A stretch of 64,000 bases of DNA from Polyangiaceae bacterium. GTDB lineage: Bacteria > Myxococcota_A > Polyangia > Polyangiales > Polyangiaceae. Location of the stretch: NCBI GenBank assembly GCA_016712345.1, contig JADJRH010000002.1, positions 200,466-264,465 on the forward strand. The letters are read 5' to 3'. The stretch's first letter is position 1. Each line of letters begins with the position of its first letter. The notes under the pieces are model-generated. The model worked only from the letters and a program-made list of their open reading frames with translations, made no database searches and had not been told where the DNA came from. A program made the translations under genes and the position numbers. Shown piece after piece: positions 18,048 through 27,057 of the stretch.

Positions 18048-19010
18048 TTACTTTGGCTCTTCGGTGGGGGCGCACGTGGAAACGCCGGCGCCAACGATGT
18101 CAAACCCCACGTTGGTATTGATGGGGGTGGTGATTTGGGAGGTGGGCTCGTATTTGTAAATGCCTGTGCCGCTCATGATGTAAAACGAACCTCCCCAAAA
18201 GGCGAAGGCCCACGACAGGCCGCTTGGAATTTGAGTGAGGTCAGAATAGGTAATGACCTTTGCGTCGGCCTTGTTGATCTCCGCGAGCCGAATGGGGACA
18301 TCTTGAAAGTACCCAAACAGCCGCGCGTCGCCCGTGCCTGTCAGTTCTGCCGCTTTGCCCGCCAAAACGTCGTAGTCGGCAATAGGAGTAAGCGTCAGGG
18401 TGGTTTGATCGATGGTTGCGAGGCCGGACGCTCCGGGTTGGTTATACGCACCCGAAACGTACAACGTTTCCATGTCAGACCCCGCCGCGTCGGAAACAAA
18501 TCCCATTCCAAACGTGCAAAATCCGGACTGGCAGGGTAGAAACCCGGTGGGTGTGCAGTTGAGCGTTTTGGTATCTACGTGGTAGATTACGCCGTTTGCA
18601 AAGAGTACCCACGCTCTTCCTTTTCTATCCACCGACATAGAAAACGTGGTGTTGAATTCTTCTCCCGGGCAGTTGAGTGTGCCCAGCACCGTGAGATCCT
18701 GAGTTTGCGGAGCAAAGCGAGCAAACTGCTTATCCTGACCCAATATGTACACACTGCCTTTGGTGTCGTTGTCGCAGTCGCCCGGGCCCGCCGCGCCGGT
18801 TCCAGAACTTACCGACAGGTCAATTCCACCGTCGCCGCCTTTTCCGGTGCTCATACTTCCCCCCAACCCGCCCGTGGGGAGACTTCCCGCCGAACCGCCG
18901 CTCCCGCCGACAGTTGGATCACCGGTCGCCGCCGTGCGCCCCGCGCTGCACGAAAGCGCACCAAAAACAGCCACAACAGTGCATACCGCCCGCAGATTAA
19001 GGTGAAGCAT
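18048..19010 (-). CDS. hypothetical lipoprotein with Gly-rich N-terminal linker
   Basis: ATG at 19010. The signal AVFGALSCSAG is followed by GGSGGSAGSLPTGGLGGS. Confidence 0.55.
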   Translation of the reverse strand: MLHLNLRAVCTVVAVFGALSCSAGRTAATGDPTVGGSGGSAGSLPTGGLGGSMSTGKGGDGGIDLSVSSGTGAAGPGDCDNDTKGSVYILGQDKQFARFAPQTQDLTVLGTLNCPGEEFNTTFSMSVDRKGRAWVLFANGVIYHVDTKTLNCTPTGFLPCQSGFCTFGMGFVSDAAGSDMETLYVSGAYNQPGASGLATIDQTTLTLTPIADYDVLAGKAAELTGTGDARLFGYFQDVPIRLAEINKADAKVITYSDLTQIPSGLSWAFAFWGGSFYIMSGTGIYKYEPTSQITTPINTNVGFDIVGAGVSTCAPTEEPK

Positions 19011-19173
19011 GGGGGGATGTTAATCCCAAAAACAAGCGATTGGAAATGGAGTATTTCTGCTGACTACACTCCTGGGTAACTGCGTAACAAATAAAGCACA
19101 CACCCCGCATGCGAGGATCTGCACTGAACATCCGACACGGTTAACAACATCTCCAAAACGAAAGGATGCGCCA

Positions 19174-22014
19174 ATGAACGTGCGAACGTCGTTTCCTTTA
19201 GGCAGCAATCAACGCGCGGCGAACAAGCCACCCTTGCGGCTGACTTGGTTCGCGCCGTGGGTGTTTCTGATCATCCTTTCAATCACACAAGGCGCCTGCA
19301 CCTGCATCACAAGCGAGGCGCCGCCCCCGCGCGAAATCGTCGCATGTGTACCCCAACACGAAACGCGCGCTACCAAACTTCCAACCTCCCGCGCAAGTGA
19401 AACCGCCGCCGCCGGTAGCCTGCAAGGGACATTCTCTGTCACCCCTACCGGTGAAGCTTCTTTTGTCGTTCCTATACCCACGCCACCGGGTAGAGCCGGG
19501 ATAGAGCCACGGGTAGCCCTCGCCTATAACAGCGCCGAGGGCGACGGTGTAGCGGGTCAAGGCTTTTCGCTCTCGGGTTCATCGGCGATCACGCGTTGCC
19601 CTAAGAACATGGCCCAAGATGGGGAGATCTGCGCCGTCCGGTATGACGCCGAGGATAAACTCTGTTTGGATGGTCAACCGCTTGTACAAGTCGCCGAAGA
19701 AACCGGACAACTGGAATACCGGACCTTACCCGACACCTTTGTGAAAGTGGTAGGTCATGCGCCGATCGCAGGCGTTCCGCAATGGTTTGAAGTGTTCGCT
19801 CCGAATGGCGTGATCACCGAGTATGGTAGAAGCGCCTCAACAAGACCGCGCGGACCCAACAATTCTACCCGCGCTTGGTTAGCCGCCAAAACCCACGACG
19901 GCCGCGGCAATGCGTTGATCTACGGGTATTGTTTCGCCAATGCCGAAGAGTACACCGCTGAGTACGCATTGGATGAAATTCGGTATACCCAATTTGACGG
20001 GACACCCGCCCTTGAACCGACACGGGCCGTCAAGTTTGTGTACGCGCAACGCAAGCCCGACCAAACGAGGCTTTCTTTTTCGCATGGAATGGTCGTTCAA
20101 CGCTCTTTACAACTCAACGAGATCCAAATGGTCGGCCCCGGTGAAGAATTGGTCACATGGGTGGACCTGGAGTACACAAAGAGTGAAGCCACCGGCCGCA
20201 CCTTACTCACAAAAATGGAAGAATGCGCTGCGGATGGAGTCTGTAAACCCGTTACGCTTTTTTCATACTCCACCCATGAAAAAGGCTTTATCGATCAATC
20301 TACCGAACTCGATTCGCCCACGTCCCGCAAGGCAAGCCCAATGCTTGTGGACATGGACGGCGATGGGCTTGACGATGTGTTAATCCCTGACACGCATCCC
20401 GCCCTTTCTACCCCTGCAAACCCGATCACAGAATGGCGGCTTTTCCACAATGGCACCTTGCCCGGTGAAAGTGTCACCTTTTCAGATCTGACCATTCCTT
20501 ACGTTCAAGATGACGTGTTTGTGGCCGATCCCAGCGGTCCCGCCGACCCTACCCAACTACAGCCCGAACTTGGAACGGTGCTTGATTACAACCAAGACGG
20601 CCGAAAAGATATCCTTCTCCATGACATCTACCAACAGGGGGCAACATGGAAGATTTTGATCGCCAAACCCGCCCCTCAAGCCGGACCCAACACCCCCACG
20701 TTTGAGATGGTAGATACAGGGATCGCTCGCCCCTTTGGCATCGGCGCCCAACCTGTACCACCTGCGTTGTCTACCAAAAACGGCTCCATGCACTTGGCCG
20801 ACGTCGACGGCAATCGCGTGGCCGACTTGATCCAATGCACCGATCACAGTGACTCGCTCACCGGTGACCCTTCTAAACCTGAATGGAAGGTGCACCGATG
20901 GTTGCCCGCGCACGGGGGTATACCTCTTGGATTTGACCCGGAAGGAGAAGTGATCGAAGCGCTCGAATTATACCGATGCGACGTCGACCTGAAAACGGTT
21001 GACATCGACGGAGACGGAAAAACAAATCTTCTTGTCGTGCCGCTTGAAGTGGCAGGTGATGGATCTGAAATTCAGGGCGTAAATTACGAAGCGCTTTCCC
21101 GCAACGAAAACGGCACGTGGGAAATTCGCGAAACAAACCTAACCATTCCCGCCCCAGGTGGACGCGTTGTATTTCTCGATGTGAACGGGGATGGTCTACC
21201 CGATGCAGTAGAGTCAGGTTTTTCGAACGGCGGGCTTTATACACTCCTCAACACCGGCAACGGCTTTGCACCCTCGCAGCTCAGTTTGGATGGTGGCGGT
21301 TACGGCGGGCAGGATGCGCTTTTCCGCTTTGCAACCCCAATCGACGCCAACGGAGACGGCAGGCAAGATCTTTTGGTGCCCATGTTCGCCGATGGACTCG
21401 GCGCCAGTGGTGAACCGCCCGAGTGGGTGTTTCTCATCGCACAACCGGGCATCCAATCGACGGGCACGTTCACCATCGAACCATCGGGCATTCCCTTTAA
21501 GCCGCTTTTGGGTGAAGCGGTCACTCTCGCCGATCCTCACGGGCCGCGCATCGGCGATCTGAACGGCGATGGAGCTTCGGATGTTGCCATTTGGTTGAGT
21601 GGCAAGCTCCACATTTTCGAAAATCAAGCGCGCGATCAAGACCTGTTGATCGGTGTACACCAAGGAACCAACCCGCATGATCCTACCGATCCTGAATATG
21701 TGCCCGACGTGGCCATTTCGTATGGCCATCTGACAGACTCTTCTATCACGACCAACACCGATCCAGATGCTTTGTCCAATGAGAGCGCGCTCTACCTTTC
21801 GCAATGGGACAAGGCCAATGGGTGCACCTACCCGCGACGGTGCAGCGTTGGCGCGCGCCGCGTTGTTTCGGAGTATCAGACGTTCGACGGGGTAGATGCT
21901 GGGCGCCGGTATAGCTTGCGGTACCGCGATGGACGGATATTCGTTGCACAGGGCTTTTTTGGGGTTCGGTGCGCGGTTTCTGACCGACCTCGACACCGGA
22001 GCGATCACCGCTGA
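19174..22014 (+). CDS. RHS/Tc-toxin BC-like protein, N-terminal ORF (SpvB domain + FG-GAP/VCBS propeller); probably one gene with 21896-25774
   Basis: Signal peptide ..WVFLIILSITQGAC. The SpvB/TcB N-terminal block is GTFSVTPTGEASFVVPIPTPPGRAGIEPRVALAYNS..GQGFSLSG. Repeated D.DGDG..D motifs are DMDGDGLDDVL, DVDGNRVADLI, DIDGDGKTNLL, DVNGDGLPDAV and DANGDGRQDLL. Confidence 0.85.
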   Translation: MNVRTSFPLGSNQRAANKPPLRLTWFAPWVFLIILSITQGACTCITSEAPPPREIVACVPQHETRATKLPTSRASETAAAGSLQGTFSVTPTGEASFVVPIPTPPGRAGIEPRVALAYNSAEGDGVAGQGFSLSGSSAITRCPKNMAQDGEICAVRYDAEDKLCLDGQPLVQVAEETGQLEYRTLPDTFVKVVGHAPIAGVPQWFEVFAPNGVITEYGRSASTRPRGPNNSTRAWLAAKTHDGRGNALIYGYCFANAEEYTAEYALDEIRYTQFDGTPALEPTRAVKFVYAQRKPDQTRLSFSHGMVVQRSLQLNEIQMVGPGEELVTWVDLEYTKSEATGRTLLTKMEECAADGVCKPVTLFSYSTHEKGFIDQSTELDSPTSRKASPMLVDMDGDGLDDVLIPDTHPALSTPANPITEWRLFHNGTLPGESVTFSDLTIPYVQDDVFVADPSGPADPTQLQPELGTVLDYNQDGRKDILLHDIYQQGATWKILIAKPAPQAGPNTPTFEMVDTGIARPFGIGAQPVPPALSTKNGSMHLADVDGNRVADLIQCTDHSDSLTGDPSKPEWKVHRWLPAHGGIPLGFDPEGEVIEALELYRCDVDLKTVDIDGDGKTNLLVVPLEVAGDGSEIQGVNYEALSRNENGTWEIRETNLTIPAPGGRVVFLDVNGDGLPDAVESGFSNGGLYTLLNTGNGFAPSQLSLDGGGYGGQDALFRFATPIDANGDGRQDLLVPMFADGLGASGEPPEWVFLIAQPGIQSTGTFTIEPSGIPFKPLLGEAVTLADPHGPRIGDLNGDGASDVAIWLSGKLHIFENQARDQDLLIGVHQGTNPHDPTDPEYVPDVAISYGHLTDSSITTNTDPDALSNESALYLSQWDKANGCTYPRRCSVGARRVVSEYQTFDGVDAGRRYSLRYRDGRIFVAQGFFGVRCAVSDRPRHRSDHR

Positions 22015-25000
22015 CTTTTTTGATAACCAGTCGTTTGACGCCACGTTTCAGACCTACCCATTTGCAAAGGTCCGATCGGCCCAATGGCGATCTACACCCG
22101 GTTGGGAAGGGTTGCCCGATCCTCAAAAGGTAGAACTGTCGTTTCTAAACACGACACGCCTTGTCGTGCCCACGAACAACAGCAAAACCTATTTCACGCT
22201 CACCACAGAAAACCGTTTGCGCCGAGCGCAAGGCGAATTTGACGCTACGGCGCAAGGGTCGAGTTTGCTGGAGTACACCCGAAGCGTTGAAAATGGTGCG
22301 GCAAACGTCCCCATCTTGCGCGACACAACCGCCAAGGTCACCAACTTCGACGACGTTGGAAATGTGCTTTCTGAAACGTCCGCGACGGTAGATGTCAACC
22401 TGACAACCACCATCGAGCGTACGGTAAAAAACGACGTTGATACCTGGAATCTTGGCCAAGTCACGCAGCAAAAAGAGTGCAGCGCGGCGAATGGGTTGAC
22501 GCAGTGTCGATCCATCCAACGATCGTTTACCCCTTACGGGGAGGTTGCGGGCGAAACGGTACAGGATGAAGCCGATCCCACAACGCGGATTGAGGTCAGT
22601 TACGGGCGCGACCATCATGGAAATGTGACCTCCCTCAGCGCGAAAGATCCCAAAGGCGCCGAACGCACCTCCACGATTACGTACGATTCAACTGGGCTCT
22701 ACCCTCGCGAACATACCAACCCGGCCGGCCATGTCACACGCACCGAGTTTGATCCACGGCTTGGCGTCGTGACCCGAATCACTGACGCAAATGGGCTTGT
22801 GACTGAGCATCAGGTAGATGGTTTCGGGCGCCTGACATTGAAAAAGCGCCCCGATGGTACAAGTACAAGTTTCACCATTACTCGCACGAGAGACGGGGCA
22901 CACAACCAGAACGCCTGGCGCATTCGCGAACGGACGATCGAAACAGGAGGGCAGGACGAAGAGATCGAACGCGACGCTTTCGGTCGAGTGGTTCAACATT
23001 GGTGGTATGGTCCGACACCGGAAGGTCAAACCAACGCGCCGCGGATCACGCAACGATTCGAATATGATCGGTTGACGGGTAGAGTCGCCCGAAGGTCAAT
23101 CCCCATGCGCGAGGATGCCGCGCCCAACAAAGTCGAATGGGATGAGTTTGTCACCGACGGGTTAGGCCGCGAGGTCAAACGCACCACGGCTTTCGGCGCC
23201 ACCACGGAAACGGAGTTTGATGGACTGACCATCAAGACGACCGATCCGCTTGGAAACGTGAGCATCGCAGAAAACGACGCCTTGGGTAGAAAGATCGCCG
23301 TCACCGACGCCGCCAACGGCGTTACGGTGTACACCTACGGGCCCTTTGGAAAGTTAACCAAAGTCACCGGACCCGACGGTGCAACCACGCTCACCACATT
23401 CGATGCGATGGGTAGACCGGTTGAAACGGTAGACCCCGACAAGGGAGGCACTCAACAAACCTACAACGCCTTTGGTGAGCTGGTTTCATTGGTAGACGCC
23501 CTCGGAAATGAAACCACCTTTGAACGTGATCCGCTCGGTCGAGTGACGAAGCGCCTCGACGATTTGGGCGCTACCACCGAAATCACAACGTGGACATTTG
23601 ACACGGCCCCGAACGGAAAAGGGAAGATCCACCATGTAAAGAGTATCGATGCAGAAAAAACGTACACCTATGATAAATTGGGAAGGGTAGAAAGTGTCAG
23701 CCTGGAGGTGACGGGGAACGGGCCCGCGATAACAGGAAAGATCGGTTATGATCTCTTCGGCCGCGTCGAAACCCTGACCTACCCAACGGCAAAGAGCAGC
23801 GTACCTTTTGCAGTCGTCCAAGACTACGACGCGCACGGGTTTACCCGTAAGGTGCGCGACCGAAACATCGATCTCACCTATTGGCAGTTGACCGGGGTGG
23901 ACGACGCCGGCAGGTTTGCGCAGGAACAAATGGGCAATGGAGTTTCTACTACCCATCGAACCTATTTCGCCGCGCAGCAAAGGCTAAGAAACATCACCAC
24001 AGAAAACGCGGCCGGTTTGGTGCAAAGTTTGGAGTTTGAATGGGATGCTCGCCTAAACCTGAAAAGCCGCACCGATGATTTGCAGCCACAACACACCACC
24101 GAACGATTCAGGTACGACGCCCTTGAGCGGCTAACGTGCTCGTATTTCTCGACGCAAGAAGATGTTTCGGCGCCTTGCGATTGGAGTTACCAATACGCGC
24201 CGAACGGCAACTTGACATACAAGTCCGACGTGGGCACGCTGGAGTATAACGATCCTACCCATCCTCACGGTGCCACCGCGGCCGGAGGGGCAGCATACCA
24301 ATACGACGCCACCGGCAACCAAACGGCTCGCCCCGTGGGGGTGAAGGTTGCGTACACCGCGTTTGATCTACCCAGAACGATCACCCAACCGAGCGGAGTG
24401 ATCTCGTTTGGATATGACGGCGACCAAAAACGTGTACGCAAGACAACCGCAACGCACGAAACGCTTTATTTCGCCGACCTGTATGAACGGATGAAAGACG
24501 CCGCGAACGCGCTCACCGAGCGATTTTATGTGCGCTCGCCTGAACGCGTGATCGCGATTGTCACCCGCGGAGGCAATCAACCGGGCACAATGTATGTGCA
24601 CGCCGACCACTTGGGATCGGTGGATGTACTCACCGATGCCGATGGGAAGGTCACCGAGCGGCGCAGTTACGACGCCTTTGGCCAAAGGCGAAATCCCGAG
24701 TGGGGCGCCCCAATACCCGCGAGCTTTCCTGACTCGACATCGCTTGGTTATACCGGCCACGAAGATGATGGAGAGATCGGTTTAGTCAACATGAAAGGAC
24801 GGATGTTTGATCCCAAGTTGGGTAGGTTTTTGAGCACCGACCCGATTGTGCAGGATTGGACATTTAGCCAAGCGTGGAACCCTTACAGCTACGTTTTCAA
24901 TAATCCGTTGACCTATACCGATCCAAGCGGATTTGACGGCGAACCCAAGCGTGAGCCGGGCGTGGTGTACATGCCGGAGGCAAATATCAAGGTGCCAGTC

Positions 25001-25774
25001 CCGACGAACGGGACCGCGCCACCCAAGGAGGACAAGCCCAAAGAAGAGAAGAAACACGGCGTGGGTGAAGGCGAAAACGATGTCAACACCACCGGGTTGA
25101 TCACCCCATTGGTTGACGCGGACGAAGAAGGGGAAGACGATCAACCGTGGTATCACCATCCCATCGCGCATGGGATCATCGGATTTGGCGCGGGGCTTGG
25201 ACTTGGCTATGTCCCCTTTGCTGGAATAACGGAGGAAATTCTAGAAAAAGCGCACGTACTGAATCCAGTCTCCCCGACGTATCACTATGCCAAGTCGGCG
25301 GGCATGAGCATTGGAGGGCTGATCGCCATGCTCCAGGGCTTTAATGAAATTGCGGGAGCTGTGATGCTCGCTCCCGAAATCGGTCCAGGCGGAACCGTGG
25401 CCATTTCTAACATGGCATTGGCCCAAGTGTCAGGTGGTGCACTGAATGTATACGCCGGCACGCAAGCGATGATGTCCGGGCCGAACGGACGGCAGAGCGC
25501 TGGGCCGTCCGCCACTCGCGGTGAAACTCCGGCCGCGCGTGCGGGCCGCGAAGCTCACAAGAATTGGAATCCAGGAAACGGTTTTGAAAAGGAGTTTCGA
25601 TTGCCGAGCGGTAAACGACCGGATGCGGTAAACTTCGAAACGAAAGAGGTGTTGGAATTGAAACCAAACAACCCGGAGGCAATTCGAAAAGGCGAAGCTC
25701 AACTCCGGGAATATGTTGATGAGTTGAATAAGCATTTTGGCGGTGGATTCACCGGTCGCGTAGTTACGTATTAA
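21896..25774 (+). CDS. RHS/YD-repeat protein, C-terminal ORF: RHS shell + core + PD-(D/E)xK (Tox-REase-like) nuclease tip
   Basis: Many YD repeats are present (..YDSTGLYPREHTNPAGHVTRTEFDPRLG.., ..TYGPFGKLTKVTGPDGATT..). The RHS core ends at ..PLTYTDPSGF. The tip ..FRLPSGKRPDAVNFETKEVLELKPNN.. carries PD...ExK. This ORF sits in the +1 frame relative to 19174-22014. Confidence 0.85.
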   Translation: MLGAGIACGTAMDGYSLHRAFLGFGARFLTDLDTGAITADFFDNQSFDATFQTYPFAKVRSAQWRSTPGWEGLPDPQKVELSFLNTTRLVVPTNNSKTYFTLTTENRLRRAQGEFDATAQGSSLLEYTRSVENGAANVPILRDTTAKVTNFDDVGNVLSETSATVDVNLTTTIERTVKNDVDTWNLGQVTQQKECSAANGLTQCRSIQRSFTPYGEVAGETVQDEADPTTRIEVSYGRDHHGNVTSLSAKDPKGAERTSTITYDSTGLYPREHTNPAGHVTRTEFDPRLGVVTRITDANGLVTEHQVDGFGRLTLKKRPDGTSTSFTITRTRDGAHNQNAWRIRERTIETGGQDEEIERDAFGRVVQHWWYGPTPEGQTNAPRITQRFEYDRLTGRVARRSIPMREDAAPNKVEWDEFVTDGLGREVKRTTAFGATTETEFDGLTIKTTDPLGNVSIAENDALGRKIAVTDAANGVTVYTYGPFGKLTKVTGPDGATTLTTFDAMGRPVETVDPDKGGTQQTYNAFGELVSLVDALGNETTFERDPLGRVTKRLDDLGATTEITTWTFDTAPNGKGKIHHVKSIDAEKTYTYDKLGRVESVSLEVTGNGPAITGKIGYDLFGRVETLTYPTAKSSVPFAVVQDYDAHGFTRKVRDRNIDLTYWQLTGVDDAGRFAQEQMGNGVSTTHRTYFAAQQRLRNITTENAAGLVQSLEFEWDARLNLKSRTDDLQPQHTTERFRYDALERLTCSYFSTQEDVSAPCDWSYQYAPNGNLTYKSDVGTLEYNDPTHPHGATAAGGAAYQYDATGNQTARPVGVKVAYTAFDLPRTITQPSGVISFGYDGDQKRVRKTTATHETLYFADLYERMKDAANALTERFYVRSPERVIAIVTRGGNQPGTMYVHADHLGSVDVLTDADGKVTERRSYDAFGQRRNPEWGAPIPASFPDSTSLGYTGHEDDGEIGLVNMKGRMFDPKLGRFLSTDPIVQDWTFSQAWNPYSYVFNNPLTYTDPSGFDGEPKREPGVVYMPEANIKVPVPTNGTAPPKEDKPKEEKKHGVGEGENDVNTTGLITPLVDADEEGEDDQPWYHHPIAHGIIGFGAGLGLGYVPFAGITEEILEKAHVLNPVSPTYHYAKSAGMSIGGLIAMLQGFNEIAGAVMLAPEIGPGGTVAISNMALAQVSGGALNVYAGTQAMMSGPNGRQSAGPSATRGETPAARAGREAHKNWNPGNGFEKEFRLPSGKRPDAVNFETKEVLELKPNNPEAIRKGEAQLREYVDELNKHFGGGFTGRVVTY
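24446..24955 (+). repeat. RHS-core homology block, inverted copy of 4926-5436
   Basis: See 4926-5436. Protein level: THETLYFADLYERMKDAANALTERFYV..FDGEPKREP versus THETLYFADLYERVKDAANALTERFYV..FDGEPKREP. Confidence 0.85.
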
Positions 25775-25784
25775 AGGAGGCCCC

Positions 25785-26243
25785 GTGAAATCGGATGCTG
25801 TCAGCATGGCCCTTTCAGATCTTGTGGTCGCCGCTGGGTTCGTGAGGAAGCGAGACACATGGTATCGCGCGACCGAGGATCTCATTCAAGTGCTGAATGT
25901 TCAGAAGTCCCGGTATGGTCAACAATACTATTTGAATCTTGGGATATGGCTAAAGCCCTTGGGAGAGGTGCAGTTTCCGAAAGAGAATGTATGCCATGTG
26001 CGCATTAGGGCCCGGCAACTCGACGAGGCGACCCGCGCCGAGTTTGAAAAATGTCTGGACTTGGACAGTGGTATCACCCCAGAAGAACGCGAAAACCAGA
26101 TCCGCCGATTGGTTGACGACGTTGTCCTGCCGTTTTTCGCAAGATGCGAGTCCATTGCGCAAATCCGACAAGTGTACAACTCGGGTGTGCTGAAACGAGC
26201 CGCCGTTTTGAGTACCGCACAAGAGTTTTTGACGGGTCAATGA
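25785..26243 (+). CDS. cognate immunity protein candidate (DUF4304-like)
   Basis: GTG start 10 nt after the RHS stop, preceded by AAGGAGG (25775-25781). The pattern ..GFVRKRDTWYRATEDLIQVLNVQKSRYGQQYYLNLGIW.. resembles DUF4304. Confidence 0.6.
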   Translation: MKSDAVSMALSDLVVAAGFVRKRDTWYRATEDLIQVLNVQKSRYGQQYYLNLGIWLKPLGEVQFPKENVCHVRIRARQLDEATRAEFEKCLDLDSGITPEERENQIRRLVDDVVLPFFARCESIAQIRQVYNSGVLKRAAVLSTAQEFLTGQ

Positions 26244-26508
26244 GGCCCTGAGTTGAAGGTTCGCAAGTTCCAACAACCGGTGAACCAATGGGTAGAACGC
26301 ATTCGCCCGCGAGGTGAGGCACACTCTACTGGATGACTTTTCTTGGTTCATGCAACCACTCAAACTATACTAACCTGTTTGAGACAGTAGACTGTCTCGG
26401 CTCGACTTCCAAGTCAGCATCGTCGGGTTGGTTGGCCCATTTTCGAGGCGCGGTAGGAAAATGAGTAAGAGCGAGAATCATTGGTAAGTCGCTGGAATAG
26501 GCGCAGAA

Positions 26509-26982
26509 GTGAGGCGCAGAACGAGGCCGTCCAAATGGGTACTTTTCATCGCGATATTGGGGACCGTATTGCTTGTTGGGGCGGTCGAATTGTACAAGGA
26601 ATGGGGTGGCCCACCTTTGGGGGTGGGTAAGATCGGGCCAGTGTCGATCTTGATCGGCTCGGTCGTTCTACCGGGCTTGATCCTTGTGCCGGTTTTCGGG
26701 TTTGTTAAATGGCGCGCAGCGAAAGCGCACCCAGCAACTCGGTTCAGCTTACCCGACGCAACGGGCAAAGACCATTCGCTCTCGCGGCAGAGTCATATTG
26801 GTATGGGTGCTGTGTATTGGGGTCTTTATTGCGATCTATCAGATTTTTCAGCCCCAGAAAAAACGCGCACCCGCGGGCTCACCTACCCATTCGGGTGCAA
26901 CTCGCAGCAGGTAACTTTTTCCGGTAAGACCGTAAACGCACATGAGCGTCGTTCATTCGTTGCACAATCGGCGCAAACCTAA
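26509..26982 (+). CDS. possible small membrane protein (only the N-terminal ~70 aa look convincing)
   Basis: Two hydrophobic helices, WVLFIAILGTVLLVGAV and ILIGSVVLPGLILVPVFGFV. The distal part is poor, and another frame (26684..) carries a TM-like stretch, so it may be decayed. Confidence 0.3.
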   Translation: MRRRTRPSKWVLFIAILGTVLLVGAVELYKEWGGPPLGVGKIGPVSILIGSVVLPGLILVPVFGFVKWRAAKAHPATRFSLPDATGKDHSLSRQSHIGMGAVYWGLYCDLSDFSAPEKTRTRGLTYPFGCNSQQVTFSGKTVNAHERRSFVAQSAQT

Positions 26983-27057
26983 TTGCGCAATTGGTGATCA
27001 CTTGCTGCGCGGGCCTCAATTCCAACGGGTCTACAGCTTCGGCACGCCGCGTGCCAT

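Noticed and set aside
26381-26398. Perfect palindrome gagacagtagactgtctc downstream of the immunity gene as a terminator or operator
   Set aside because: The 2-nt loop makes a poor hairpin and there is no U-tract. It is too short to call a binding site without other copies.
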